A DNA stretch of 64,000 bases from Gordius albopunctatus (lineage: Eukaryota), in the NCBI GenBank assembly GCA_964276515.1, contig OZ193909.1, positions 15,686,001-15,750,000 on the forward strand. The letters run 5' to 3'. The notes below the pieces were generated by a model. The model did no database searches. It saw only the letters and a list, made by a program, of their open reading frames with translations, and was not told the DNA's origin. A program made the translations under genes and the position numbers. Below are positions 35,869 to 51,010 of the stretch, in pieces (the first letter of the stretch is position 1; every line of letters begins with the position of its first letter).

Positions 35869-36544
35869 ATGGTAATTTCAAATCGTAGCCATAGCCTTAT
35901 CGTAGTTTCGGGATTGTGCGATTTCAGGAATATGCGAGGTTCCTATATTTCATATTTTACAATTTGCTAACTTTTAATCTTTTTCATAGAAACAAGCCCA
36001 TATATCTTTCAATGTTTTCCCTGTGTTGCGAATTTCGAAGTTAATCCCTTTCTTTATTAGGTGCAACTTAATGTGAAACAACGCAGATTGAAGGTCATCA
36101 TGGGTTATAAAAAAGCTTGCCTACAAACCTTGCAAACTTTTTCCGATATAAAATTACCTAATTTTTTACTCCTATAATATACGATATGCTTTGCTAATTT
36201 ATAACCTTTTCCATTGTCCGGGCAGAATCCGAATCCTTTCACTAATTAGTACATTTAGCTTATATGCATAGCAAGATAATAATGAAGTCAAACTAAAAGA
36301 TGGTATCTGTCTGTTCTTTGGCATACTAGCAGCCCTAAAAGGCATAAGCATGGGCTCCCCTCAAGCCGTCATCTAAATATGTGTGTGCGAACTCGGGCTT
36401 TACTCTTGAGGTAATAATAATTTTATGGTACCGGTTTGGCACTTTAGTTAAGTCAGATGTTTTTAATAAAAAATTTGGAATCCGTTTCAGCTTACAAACA
36501 TAAAACTCACAAATTAAGGGTTAACGATGGATGGATGTCGTACA

Positions 36545-37210
36545 TGTTAAGTCCTGTGACTTAGAAAGGAAGGTTGTCTCGATTAATTGTTGAGCTCAAG
36601 AGTTTCCGTAACGTCAGGGTTTGAGTCGTTAGATTCGGGTGATTTTAGTGGTTAGTCTTGGTCCTTGCTTGTAAGCCTTCGTATTCAATTCATGGTCTGC
36701 CTGTGGTTGAGTTGGCGTTAACCCAATTGACAATATACACGTCCAAGAATTTATTGAGGGTATAATAATCGACAAGAAGTAAATTTAATAATAGAATCAA
36801 AGTAGCGATTCGACAGGCCATAGGGAAATATGGTAATACAATTGACGGGGAAAAGTTTCGGAGTTATTCGAGGCCAGAATATATATAATGTCCTCTAACT
36901 GGAAACATGGCCTTTTTATAATACCAGTGTTTCCTGACCCCAGCCTGTTCCTTATTAGGAAAAAAATGTTATTAAATTAACCCAGGCCTTATTTTTAGCT
37001 TATCTACTTTTTTATCTTCTTGAACTACCCCTTTTCCGGCCTCACTTTAAGCTTATCTACTGTACTAGAACATTTTCCGGTCTGATTTTAAGCTTATCTG
37101 CTCTTACATCTTTTTGAACTGCTTAATCTTGACCGCTCTCCTCACTATGAGGATACAATATTCCATCCCCTGCATTTGCACATTTTCCACTTCTACTACA
37201 CCTGCTCCCT
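36545..37210. repeat. Dispersed LTR-like repeat, copy 1
   Basis: Direct repeat of 44374-45043. Starts TGTTA and has an internal polyA-like signal on the minus strand. Confidence 0.65.
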
Positions 37211-37771
37211 TAAGTCTTGAGGATACAACACCTTCCTTGTTTTTTAAAGTCCCCCCACCAAACCGCAAACGAACCCGCGGCCAAGGGTATATATTATAAC
37301 GCGTAATATTAATAAAAGGTGACATGAATAAAAGGTGACATAAGTACAGGTGATTGTGAAAGGTGACATAAGTACAGGTGATTGTGAATAATTACACGAC
37401 ATTTGTTTTGACGAAGTAGACATAAAGGGTACGGGAGATCAATGTTGTTGAGATGAGGCACCGATCTGTAGGACTGGCTCAATCCATAGTGGTTTTACGA
37501 TCTCAATTTTTCGTACCCCTGTCGCAAGTTTTTGGAAACTTTCTTCCCATTGATCGGTTTGGGTACAGGCATCTTTAAATTTTTCGGCGTCTCTCACCTT
37601 CAGCTACCCGAGATCGAATCCATTTGCGCTTGATTCGCCGGTACGTTACTTTTTCATTACAGTTCCACACACAATCCTTCCACTGGTGCGTCCCCCTCTC
37701 GTTGCAAACATAGCATACGATCCCAACCCCTCGCACCTCTTCGAAATAATAGCATTCAGTGGTGAGGTGGT

Positions 37772-40700
37772 TGTAGCTTTCACAATTGTGACACCTAGTT
37801 TCTTAATAGAAAAATAATATACCGCGTAAAGTATTATAAACATCCCTACACTCCTCCCCTCCTCTTCAACTGATCCACATGTCGCCAAACTTCAACGCCT
37901 TTTTCCATTGCCACCCTTAGCCGGTACCCCTCTTCTACGGCTATAATAACCCCCTTCACTCAATTATTAGGCCCCTGATACATCCGCATCCAAACCATGT
38001 CCCCCAATTTAAAACGTGATGGCCTTCCTTCCCTCTTCCTCCCCTCTTCAGGTATCATTTGATCTAGTCGCAAGCGACCCGTACGCCCCAAAAATTTAAA
38101 TGATGGTGAACTCCCATCTTTGCCGATCGCGTTGTGATACATCAATTTCATGAGCCATTGTTTACTCCCTCCACTTTTTTCTTTTAGTAACCAACCCTTA
38201 ACCACCCCTACCATACGTTCGGCTTGGCCATTGGAACTAGGGTGATACGGCACCGTTACGATATGTTCCACCCCATGACTTCTGCAAAATTCCCCAAATG
38301 GTCGACTGGTAAAAGCAGGCCCTCCATACTTAGCTATTAATCCCTTCAATACCCTTATTACTATTCGCGTAGAACTGCCATTTACCCTCTCATATTCGAC
38401 CCATTTCGTGCACGCATCTACAACAATAAAGTAGACCTTCCCTAGGCATTCAAAAATGTCTACATGTATCCTGTCCCATGGATGATACGCTATGACCCAA
38501 CAGGTACCTTTTATTTTTGGAGGCATAGCCGCAATTCTATTACATGCCTCACAATTTTTTCATCTTTACAATTCCTTGATGTCCGAGATGGAGCTCTCGT
38601 AGCACTTCTTGACAAAGACCCTTAGGGATTACTAACCGAAAACCTTTAGTTACCGCCCCTTCCACTAAATTCAATTGTTTTTTAACCCTGTGATATTCGA
38701 TAAGCGCGAGTGGCCATTCTGCATGTCCCTGAAGGCATTCCCGTAATTTTTTGATTTCGACATCCTCTGTTGATGCATCTTTGATATCATTCCATGAGAT
38801 GGGTCTCCCTTCGGATATATGCAATACGCACGGAGTATCGTCTTGATTATATATTCCCTCTACTGAATTGTCAATTTCATTTGATACAAGATCCATAGTT
38901 TTACTTTCCCCATACATGCGGGATAAGGTGTCCGCTAGATAGTTGTGTTTTCCCTTGCGATACGCTATGTCCATATCAAAAGGCTCCGACCACCACCAAC
39001 CATCTTTGAAGTCGCGATGATAACATCAGGTCGTGATTGTCTTTCCGAAATAGCGAGACAAAGGGCTTGTGAACGGTGTACAGGGTAAAGTATTTACCTA
39101 CAATATATTCTCGACATTTAACTAAGCCATACACCACAGCCAACGCTTCCTTTTCGATTACGGAGTACCTTAGTTCGGGATCCCGGAATTTGCGATATAA
39201 CTTGTAGCAATGCTCTCCCGACCGCCTCTTGAGACGCATCTACTACGATATGTATTTCCTTGTCTGGGTTAAAGCAAATTAATACTGGAGCTTTCACGAC
39301 GCACTCTTTTAGACTTTGAAATATGGCTTCTGCCTCTTCGCCCCACATAAAGATTGTATTAATTTTTATTAGATCATATAATGTCCTTGCTCGAGCTGCA
39401 AACCGGGGAATATATTTATGGTAGTAGTTTATTAATCCAAGAAAAGATTGCAATTGTTTTTTAGACTTGGGTGCCCTAATATCCCTTAACGCTTTTAACT
39501 TATTTTCCAGAGGACTTATCGTTCCATTTTCAATAATATGTCCTAGATATGATATTTTGTTTGCTCTAAATATACATTTTTCTTTGGACACTCTCAACCC
39601 ATTGTTTTCAATTATTCTTAAAACCCCCATTAACCGGAAATTATGTTCGGCTTCACTTCGACCCGCTATTAATAGATCGTCCATATAGTAGAAAACGCCT
39701 TCTAAGCCTTTAAATAAGGAATTCATAGCCATTTTAAAAATAGGAGCCGATATGCTCAAACCAAAAGACAACCTAAGAAAAGTGAAGAGACCTAAATGGG
39801 TGTTAATGGTTAAACTTAGACTCATTTCTTCCGACACTTTTAATTGCATGCGAAATCAATTTTGGAGAACACCTTGCACCCACTCAGTTTAACCAATATC
39901 TCTTCCAATCTTGGCAACGGGAATCGGACCAGTTCAATACTAGGGTTCAAGGTGATTCGGAAATCAGCACAGAGCCTCAATTTTCCCTCCGCCTTCCTAA
40001 CTGGGACCAATGGGGTTGCCCAATAACTAAATACTACAGGCTTGGTTATTCCCTCCTTTACCCATTTTTTTAGTTCCTCTTCGATCTCCGATCTCCACTC
40101 TTAGGGCACTCTCCGGGCCGGACAAAATTTAGGTTTTACACCTTCCTTAAACTTCATGGTAGCCTCAAAGCGTTTTAGACATCCTAATTCCCTCTTAAAC
40201 ATAAGCGGAAATTTGTCCAATATGTCTTGAGCTTGTTCCTCAACCTCCTTTTTAGAAATCACCTCCACCTTAATAAAATTACGATATTCTCCAGGTATAC
40301 CTTTAATGATTTTGAGCCACTCTAATTCAAAACTCTGAATCCAGTCCCACCCGAAAATATTACTTGTCCCTGCCTCCGACACATACAATATTAAATTTTT
40401 ACTAATGTTGTTTATAGTTACCCGGGCCTCACATTGCCCTACCAACCGCACTTTCTCATTATTGAAAATTTTAATTTACTCGGAAAATAATCATTTTTGC
40501 TTATGATCGTTATAGAAGAACTTGTATCAAAAATAAAGGTTACGGGGGCATTATTTAATTGTATTTCAAGGGTAGGGATTTTACCTAAAATTACATTGAC
40601 AACGTTTAATTCTAGTTCACGGTAAGGATAATTTTTTTAAATACTCTTTTTATCATAATTTAAGAATTTTTCTTTCCATTTATTTCTACCCGCCTTTTCT

Positions 40701-41000
40701 AAGCGGCGACATTTTTGGCTATTTATTGTTATTAAATTAACATCAATCTCCTTAATTAAAAGATACATAAAATTCGTCCATATCCTTCCCATACACCCAC
40801 ACTCAAACTTCATTACCCGATTCTTATCCTTGGCGTAGGCGTTCTCATCATTTACTCGTCGAGCTAATTTTAAGGTGTCTAGAATTATTTCCTATTTAAA
40901 CCCTTTTATTAACATTTTAAACCTTCCCGTTTTACATATGCTTTCATTAACGTCCCTAGAAATTGTTAACCATTCAACATACGCATAAGGATGCAAATAG
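37772..41000 (-). mobile_element. Degenerate Ty3/Gypsy element
   Basis: Broken ORFs: protease (FDTSSS ~40525), RT (WATPLVPV, YYMDDLLI), RNase H (VDAS, IEKEALA), integrase (PWDRIHVD, PYHPSSNGQAER). A PPT is followed by a candidate short LTR at 37772-37850 (TGTAG...CTACA). Confidence 0.9.
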
Positions 41001-41095
41001 TTATGATCACTAAATTCCGAAACATTAAAATTGGTAATATTACACCAATTAATTCGTAATCGCCCCAACTTAAGTGGGATCGATTTTATATTATA

Positions 41096-43313
41096 CTAGC
41101 TGACCCAGCAAACGTTGTTTTGCTATATACATTATTTCTAGAAAATACTATAAGCGATGTGCATGCTCATCCTTATGCCTCGATCATATAATGAGCGATT
41201 AAAATATAATTGTCCTATGGGAAATAATTCACTAATTTAATGTAGGAAGAATTATTAAAACGCTAAATATAAACACAAAAAGCAAAGTACTTAACATCAA
41301 ATTTTTTATTGCTTTGCTTTACACATTTTGCCATATAAATATACTGTCAAATAAATTAATACATGCCTAAAGAATTATTTAATTTATAAATTGCCACAGG
41401 TTTGTTTTTTTATTAATGGTGTAAAAAACGTTTTTTGGTCCTACCGCAAAATCACCATTCTGGCAAATGGCCGTTTTCGGACTTCAATCAAAACCCCAAC
41501 ACCCCCCCCCCCCTTGAAAATCTGTTTTAATTTTGCGCCTGAACATATTTTAGCGCGTCTAGCTTTTAACTTATTTCGGCAAACTACAATTCAGCTTACA
41601 TATGCTTACAAACTTTAGGTATATCATTGGCCGCCAACTGAGCTTTATTGCAATAGAATCTCATTGTTATCATGTTTAGCTGATATATTGTGTAGTTTAA
41701 GCCAACAGGTACCATTATAGAGGTAGCCCGACCCTCTACCCTCAATTTGCCCTCCGTTAATTTTTACTATTGCTTAAATTGTATAGGAAATCAATGCTCC
41801 TATACAAAGAAGAGCCTAATGAGGCCACACAAAGACAGCAAGTAGACAGGGGTTTAAGGGGCAGAGCCCCTTGAGTAAGGTTTAGAGGGGCAGCCCCAAC
41901 CGGGGTACAGGGGTGAAGCCCTTTGTTTGAATCTTCTTCTTCTTTATCGGTTATTTGGTCCCACGGTCGTGGGGTTTGTTTTGATAAGTTTCTTGCATCT
42001 TGACCGGGTGAGTGCCATGTCTTGACTACTCTTTAGTTTTCATAACTTTATTGCCTTGCCCGTTCCATGTGACACGGGGTCGTCCTCTTACTCTCTTGTC
42101 CGGCACCTCCATGTCGAGTACTTTTCGATTTAGGTCATTCGTGTCCCCCTTAGTATATGTTCATATCACCTTAACCGATTTTCGTCAATCATGTCCGCCA
42201 TAGGTTGAATATTCATTTTTGTCATGAGAAAGTCATTCGTCATATGGTCGAGCTTAGTTTACGCCAAGCTTCACCGTAGAATTCTCATCTCTGTGGCTTT
42301 TAGAAGCCACCCTTCCCTGGTGTTTAATGCGGATGCTTAATAATCAATTTTTAATTCTTAAAATTAATTTATTATCATAATGTCAAGTTCGACAAAAAAT
42401 AAGGTTTTTTTAACTCACTTTGTTGTTCACATGTATTCCATCTTTATTTAGTTATTTTAAGAACCCACAGTCCAGGTATAAGATGATCCATAAAATTACC
42501 ACTGTCTTACGTTAATTTGTATGAGTAGTACGGCCCGAGGCGAAAAGCCATTTTTATTTTTGCCCCGAATCGAGCCCGGAGCAACATCATTAATCTCGCT
42601 TATTTCCGAAACATGCAAATATTCCCTTACTTCCTAAGCAAATCCTCCTTTTTGTTTAAAATATGCCTAGGTATACAGCATTAAAAACTGAGATATTATG
42701 AGGGGTCGTAAAAAAGTATTGCCCACAAACCTTACTTTGGTCAATAAGCTATCAGTGTACTCAGAAAATTCATAAAAACTTAAAGCAACCGGTAGGAATT
42801 AGGGGCGGAGTCCTTCTTAGAGGTCCGAAGAACTGAGATATATCAATATATATTGGCACTTTGTTAAAAGTATTTTCATTTTTCTCCTTATTTAACGCGC
42901 AAAAAATGACAAAATTAGATTTTTAATTTATTTAGCCACGCAGGAGGGAACACGACCGTCCTATAATAATAATAATTGACGTGAAAAATAAGCAAAAAAT
43001 GACTTTGATTTAATGTTTAAAATCGTAAAAAGTTTCCATTTTCCGCAACACATGCCTACTGCATTTATCACACTACCTACACGATAAATACGCAGTATAC
43101 CTCATGAGGTGACATTTGAGTGACATTTTACTAAACGTCAAAACGTATAAGACTAAATAACCTGACCGTCTTGTGACTTAGAAATTTGGAATATAGTTTA
43201 AAACCTATTCTCAGACCTACCAAATATTCGCAGAAATTTTCATAAAAATCGGTCCAGCCGTTTAGGAAGAGTTTAGCAACAAACACCGTGACACGGGAAT
43301 TTTATATATTAGA
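41096..43313 (-). mobile_element. Non-autonomous Helitron (~2.2 kb)
   Basis: On the minus strand: A|TC 5' end at 43313, subterminal hairpin gcaaaac-aac-gtttgc, and CTAG|T 3' end at 41096. Confidence 0.75.
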
Positions 43314-44373
43314 TAATGAAGGATCAGTACAGGAAGTTTGCCAGGGCTTGACATCGATTCCTCGCGCCTCACGCCTACTAGCCTCGCTCCCGCGATTTAT
43401 AATCTTTCCATAAATCATATGGTACTTGTCCTCCCTATATATGACATACCCCATTTTTAGAGTATCGGTGTGATCACATAATTTGTATTTTCGTCCTTTA
43501 CGTAATAAATTTACTTTAAAAGTAATGAATCTTCTAGAATTGGTTATTATTTTAACAATAATCCCAAAAATCCAAATCAAAAATATTTTCAATATTTTGA
43601 TGATTTTTTAATTCCCAAAGACGTTATCCTCCCTTAATTTTTCAAGTGGAATTGATTCTTTATAATTATATTATAATATCTTTATTATTACAATTTTTAG
43701 CCCACGAGTATTGACCTAACGCTGCCTGTTGTTATCGGAGTATTAAATATGTGTATATATGTATGCGGATATATATGTGAACTTGGGGGGGGGGGTAGAA
43801 TTAATATTATATTTATAATTTGTTATACTTTATAATGGTAAGAATAATTAAATATAAATTACTTTACATTAAATATAGTATTTACATATATAGTTATATT
43901 GGCGCCTATTGTTTTTTGTATTTCGGAAACTCAAAATTATTCTTGCAAAATTCCGCCCTATGCCCTAGTACCCCGAATTTCATGCACCTAGGACTTTTAT
44001 AATTGTTGAAATTATTTCTATGGCGTGGGGAATTGGGTATTACTGGATTATATACAGTTCTATTGGTACTACAATAAAAAATCAATTTACGTCGTAATTT
44101 ATCAAAGAGAACTCCTAATAAAAAAACTATCAAAACATCAATATAAACATACAGTTTCAACCATACTTGTTCTAAATATATCCTAAGAGGAACTTGATCA
44201 AACATTTTAATAAAAACATTTTTGTTAAAATAGTTATATTTAGTATTATTATAATTATTAAAAAAATAATAATTTTAAACATGTCATCGTTATTTTATAC
44301 CTTTATACTGCATCGGTTTTAGATAAGTTTCTTGTTCGTAAGGTCGTTGGCTTTTTCGCTTCCGGGGCACCAC

Positions 44374-45103
44374 TGTTATGTCCTGTGACTTAGAAAGGAA
44401 GGTTGTCTCGATTAATTGTTGAGCTCAAGAGCTTCCGTAACGTCGGGGTTTTAGTCGTTAGGTTCGGGTGATTTTAGTGGTTAGTCTCGGTCCTTGCTCG
44501 TAAGCCTTCGTATTAAATTTACGGTCTGCCTATGGTAGAGTTGGTGTTAACCCAATTGACAATATACACGTCCAAGAATTTATTGAGGGTATAATAATCG
44601 ACAAGAAGTAAATTTAATAATAGAATCAAAGTAGCGATTCTACAGGTTATAGGGAAATATGGTAATACAATTGACGGGGAAAAGTTTTGGAGTTATCCGA
44701 GGCCAGAATATATAGAATCATAGGGATTTTAGACGTGAAGGCAATTTCGCAGGGGTTCGTAAGGTCAGAGAAGATACGGTAATTCCCCCAACGGTGAATT
44801 AAAAAAAACAACCCACTTAATTAATTCTTTCTTTCTAGAAACAGGGATTCTTACAATAACCACCAGGTTTTCTAACCCACGCCTGTTCCCTTTATTTATC
44901 ATATTTACTTCTCTTTATCTACTAGGCCTTTTCGGGCCTCATTTTAAGCTTATCTTTTACATTCTCTTGAACTGCTTAATCTCGACAGCTCTCCTCACTA
45001 TGAGAATACAATACTCAATCCCCTGCATAACTACACCTGCTCCCTCCTTAATCCATAATTAACTCAAATAAAACAAAAACCCAATACCTAAGGGAATCCT
45101 AAC
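44374..45103. repeat. Dispersed LTR-like repeat, copy 2 (probable solo LTR)
   Basis: TGTTA...TAACA termini; homologous to 36545-37210. Confidence 0.65.
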
Positions 45104-45109
45104 ACCAAG

Positions 45110-48100
45110 GCAGGGGCATTTAGAGTACGGGTTGAGTTATTTATTGTCCCGATCCCGTGGGGACACGACATTTAGTTATTAGTGTATCAATCTTACACTT
45201 GCATAATTTTGTATTTTATTTACAAGGGCTAGTGCCGCTACATTTCTGGTGACCCCGCAAACGATAACGCAACTATATGGAACCTAAGATCGAAGAAGAT
45301 CCGACGGAGAATACCCTTTACTTTAAACTCCCAGTTTTTAACCTTACAAACCCTAGAATTTGGTTCTTGCAAATTGAATCACCTTTTAAAATTCGTAAAA
45401 TCAGAAATGAATTTACGAAACTAGGTTATCTAATCGAAGCACTTCCCTATGAGGTAACTACAGAAATTCAAGATTTACTGGAAAATATTCCAACTGACAC
45501 TCCCTTCTTAAAACTCAAAGATGTCATTATAGAGCGAACTTAACAGACGGACTCCTAACGCCTCCATGATTTACTGACCAATGTGGAGCTGGGAGATCGC
45601 TCTCCATCACAACTTATGCGCCACATGAGAAATTTATTAGGGAAACATTCTATGGACGACACCATCCTTAAACAATTATGGATGGATAAATTACCATCGT
45701 CAATGACTGGAATATTAGCAATATTTGCCGCAGACCAATCATCGACGAAATTAGCTGAAACAGCCGATAAGATTGCTGCAACTTACCATTTAAGTCCGGT
45801 TATCAATTCTGCCAAAAAAAATTTAGATTGTGAAATAGTTGAATTGAAAGAACTAGTAAGAAAACTGAGTGTCTCAGTGGAAGGATTAAAAAAGACATTA
45901 ACAAAATCCGATCAGCTTCCAGACACCGATCTCAGTCACGATCAACACGCACACCTAGTTCATCAAGCGGATCTAATTTTTGCTGGTATCACAGTAAATA
46001 TGGCGAAAAAGCAACCAAATGTATTGCACCGTGTGCTTTTATACCCAAAGACCCAAAATAGCAGGCCGCCCAGGCCAAGCGAAACTGGCACCGGCCTTAT
46101 CAAACCAAGTCGCTTATTTTTTATATACGACAAAACATCATCTCTACACTTTTTGGTCGATACTGGGGCGGAGTTAAGTGTTATACCTGCGCAAAAGAAA
46201 GACCAATTACAACAATCCCACATCCAACTACAGGCAGTTAATTTAAGTACTATAAAAACATTTGGACAAAAGTTTCTAAACTTAGATTTGGGACTTAAGA
46301 AACGATATCAATGGGTTTTTACAATTGCCGAGGTTAAATTTTCAATATTAGGTGCGGATTTTTTAAACAATTTTAACTTAATAGTTGATGTCAAGAGGAA
46401 ACAATTAATAGATGCACAAAACATATCCGTTTACGAAAAACCGGCATCAGATGCTTTAAATTCACAGCTAGCTATAATACATCCTCCGGAAAATTTCCGG
46501 CCGTTTTCAAACCTACTATCTATAGCCCGGCTATAAAGCACGATACCCAACACCACATAGAAACCAAAGGTCCACCCGTATTCGCGAAACCCAGACGCTT
46601 GAATACAGAGAAACTGAAGATTTCCAAGGACGAATTCATGCATATGATGGATTTAGGCATCATCAGAAGGTCAAAGAGCTGCTGGGCTTCACCGTTACAT
46701 ATGGCCCCAAAGAAAAACAAACAAGACTGGAAACCGTGTGGAGATTATCGGGGACTCAATATTGATACAATACCCGATCGTTATCCTCTTCCACATCTAC
46801 ACGACTTCTCTCTGTCTTTAGCGGGCAAGAATATATTTACTAAACTGGATTTAGTACGTGCCTATCACCAAATTCCGATGGCACCGGGAGACATCCCAAA
46901 AACAGCAATTACAACACCTTTCGGTCTATTTGAATTCATACGCATGCCTTTTGGTTTAAGAAATGCGGCAAAAACTTTCAAAAGATTCATATACCAAGTC
47001 TCCTTAAAGGGCTAGACAACACTTTCGTCTATTTAGATGATATTCTAATAGCCAGTTCCTATCTTCAAGAACATAAGGTACACGTCGAACAAGTTATTGA
47101 AAGACTTTTCGAAAATGGTATTAGCGTCAATCTAGGGAAATGTCAGTGGGGAGTCAAGGAAGTTGATTTTTTAGGGCATACAGTAACGTTCAAAGGTCCT
47201 AAACCGATACCTGAAAAAATTGACGCAATTAAAAAATTCCCAATTCCCACCACAATGACACAACTTAGACGTTTTATAGGAATAATAAATTTATATCGTC
47301 GTTTCATCCTATGTGCACAGAAATTCTTAAGCCCCTAATCGACCTACTAGACGATTCAAAGAGACCTATCATTTTAACCCCTGAAGCCGTAGAATCTTTC
47401 AGCCGGTCAAAACAAGCTCTTAAGCAAATAACCAGCCTTTCTCATTTAGACGAAGGTAGCACGCTGTCCATTACGACTGATGCTTACAATTATGCGGTCG
47501 GAGGAGTGTTACAACAACAATCAAATGAGGGCATCCTAACACTCGCGTTATTCACCAAAAAACTGTCAGATACTCAGACACGTTACAGCACCTTTAGCCG
47601 AGAACTTTTGGCCATTTACCTCATTATAAAACAATATAGCCATGTCCTCGAAGGACAAAACTTCACTGTATACACAGACCACAAGCCTTTGACTTATGCA
47701 CTCAAGGCAAAGATGGACAAATACTCACCCCGAGAAATCCGCCAATTGGACTACATTTCACAGTTCACGTCGGACATTCGATACATCCGGGGTAGTACAA
47801 ACATCGTGGCTGATACCCTGGTCCATACCTCAAAATCATTGTTGGAACTTATAGCAACAAGAAAGGAGGTTGAACGTTATACAAAGGACGACACTAAATC
47901 TTTAAGACTTGAGCAACTCCTTGTACCAGGTTTAAAACTAAATATAACTTGTGATATTTCCCAAACAACGCCTCGACTCCTGATACCTCTTTCCTTACGG
48001 CAAACCGTCTTCAATCAATATCATGGATTATCACATGCTGGTACCCGCTCAACCCTCAGTCTTATCTTCAAACGCTTTGTTTGGCCGAAAATGAATCATG

Positions 48101-48215
48101 ACCTCCGATTATGGGCACGACAATGCCATTACTGTCAGGTTAGCAAGGTACATAAACATATTATATACACACCAGGTACATTCACCAAACCGGATGCCCG
48201 ATTTACCCATGTCCA
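45110..48215 (+). mobile_element. Degenerate, 3'-truncated Ty3/Gypsy element
   Basis: LTR end CA at 45242 and PBS TGGTGACCCC at 45247. Gag (PRIWFLQIES), protease (FLVDTGAELSVIP), RT ([21 protein letters not shown]), RNase H (TDA, SRELLA, TDHKPL), and integrase HHCC, then truncated. Confidence 0.93.
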
Positions 48216-48621
48216 AAAAGTTCAATTAGGGAGGGGCGAAACAAAAAAAAATTATTAATTTGTAAGGGTTTTTTTACATAGGAAAAAATTTTTTTCGTCA
48301 TTCAGAGGGGGGGGGAGGGGAAGGGTGAGTTATTGATAAAATAAATGTAGAAGCAATGCAAAATATTTAAATTAAAGGCATACACTTAATTAAATTTATA
48401 TTAAAATATGTCGTAATTAGATGGTAAGATAGGGCAAAAAAATTATATTTTTACAGAGAAAGGGTGGGCGCCACTGGCGCACAACAGATGTATTTTATTT
48501 AATATCTAATCTAATAAATGAACAATCAAAAAAATTATTCCCAGTGTTAGCGCCGTGCTATAGGAGTAGCGCATTTAAGTGCTATCGGCTATAGCTCATA
48601 GCACCTCAAACCTCCCATCTC

Positions 48622-51010
48622 TAGTGATGCGGAAAAATCGAGAAAAATCTCGGGAGCGATTATAAAAATCTCGATCTCGTCTCGGTCTAGAAAATTCTCG
48701 GTCTCGTCTCGGCGAGAATTCGCGTCTCGTCTCGACATTTAAGAAAAATTTATACAACATAAAAATTTCTCCTGCTTTATTAAAATTATTAACTAAGTGT
48801 TACAAAAATCCAAGTCATATACCTATATATTTTTTAAAAAGCCTTAATACACAAACTTTTGACAATAAATAACATTTTCTATGGAGTGAAAATTAAAAAA
48901 CTATAAAAAAAAATTGAAAGTACGTAAGGATCGCTTTTTGTTTAATATATAAAATAGCATAAATAGTGCATTAAATTTAGAATTTAATGGTGGTGTTTAT
49001 GGACACTTTTTAAATTTGAGTTTAAACCAGTACTCTTGTGAGTGTTTTGGAGCTGAAACTTTTATATAATAAATATACTAACTGATCAGACCTTATTAAA
49101 TTTCATAGTTCTAGCAAATTATAACATGTCTGTTTAATTTAAACAGACGAAATTTATAATTTCACCTATATTTGACTTAGTTACATATTTAGGCAAATAT
49201 TTTAGTCCATTGATATTACCATCATGAATTATAACCCATAAAGATTATTGCATGATTACTATAGCGTTATTAGCCATAAAGTGCGAGTGACTTTTAATGG
49301 TAATATTATTATTTACAAAATTGATAACTTGTTGCACATATTAAAACGTTGTAAAAACAACAATAAAAGCAGCATCACTTAGGTGTTATTTTAGTATCAA
49401 ATATATTCCTATCGTATTGATTTATATTTAATACCTTAAATGTAAATCAGGCATATTAAAATACACAATAATTTACTAAAATCGAATGATCAATAAAAAC
49501 TCGAGATTTGAGTATAATCGGATTGCACAGAGCCATCATGATGTTTATTTCCTCCATTGTTAATTCCATAACTCGCTATTGTCTATCACACGTAGAGCCA
49601 GCAAAGTCACTTTTTTTCAAACCGAACCCGAAAGCTTTTAAATTTTTTCAACCCAAACCTAACCCGACTCGAAAGCGTTTTAAGCCAAACCCCACCGGAC
49701 CCGAAAGTAAAAAAAAGTGATTGGTAGAGATGCCGAAAAACTGAGACGAGAATTCAAAAGATGGAGACGTGATTTTATCGGCGAGATCTCGACTTTTTTA
49801 TCGTTATATTTTAGTAAATTATTGTGTATTTTAGTTTTCATGATTTACATTTAAGGTATTAAGTTTAAATTAATACGTATGGAATATATTTGACATTAAA
49901 AAATTCCTGTAAATATTATATTTTTTTTCAGGATTTACCTAAGTATGGTTGACCCTTAGGGTATGTGAATAATTTTATAATATCTTTATCACATATTTAA
50001 ATCCATAGCATTATTAAATATTACAAAATTATAGGCTTAGAATGAGTTCTGATTGAATAGTAAATATAAACAAAGCATATTTATATTTCGCAGTTATTCA
50101 TCCTGGATAATGCGGTAATTATAAATTGGTGGTCAATCACTTTGAATAATTAAACTAGTTAAGGTAATGTGGCTCGAGATTTTTTAGCACCCGCTTAACG
50201 ATTTCAAAAGTACAATAGATTATTTAATGACACTGCAATAGATTAAATCTAAAGCATGAGTTTTCTAGAAGTTTTATGCTTCAGCTATATTCGATGAATA
50301 TCTATTTAATGTCAAAGTTAGTTAGAATTAGAAGATAATTATTTGGAATATAAATTTGATTTTAATGATTTTTGTCATAAATTTAAATACGTGCAATTTA
50401 GAGTTTAAAACCTCATATTCTTGATCCTATAATAATGCTGCCTTTATTGTTGTTTCTACCCGTTTTTATATGTGCATCTAGTTATCAATTCTGTAAATAA
50501 TAATAATATCCATTAAAAGTCACTCGCACATTGTGGTTTATAACGCTATAGTAAACATGCAATAAACACTATGTGCTATAATTAATAATGGTACTAATGG
50601 ACTTAAATTTTTGCCTTAAATATGTTAAGGTCTACTTTGAAGCTTTAGCCATGGTTAATAAAGGGTCTTTATTTGCTAAATTGTGCAACTAAGTCAACTA
50701 TAACCGAAATTATTATTTTCTAAGTCTATATAGTTGACAAACACGGTGATGCAAACGTTATAATTTGCTACAACAATAAAATTTAACTTTCTATACTTCA
50801 AATTTATTTATAGTTTTTTAGTCTGCACTTTCCATAGAAAATGTTATTTTTTGAATGAATTCATATCTTTATATTGACAATGAGATGTCGTGTCCCGCTA
50901 AATCTTTAAAAAGTTTGTGTATTAAAGTTTATCAAAAAATATAAAAATTTGCCATTTTAATTTTTTAAAACTTATTTAATATTTTTAATAAAACAGCAAA
51001 AATTTTTATT
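48622..51010. mobile_element. Two inverted copies of a non-autonomous hAT-like element, with a small MITE between them
   Basis: Termini tagtgatgcggaaaaa (48622) and tagagatgccgaaaaa (~49725), with gtctcg subterminal repeats. 49230-49500 is the inverse of parts of 49790-50580. A WW...VARDFLAPA remnant lies near 50125-50195. Confidence 0.65.

Noticed and set aside
36545..45103. Repeats at 36545 and 44374 as the paired LTRs of the Gypsy at 37.8-41 kb
   Set aside because: That element has its own PPT and TG start at 37850. The repeats have no matching TSD and differ by indels.
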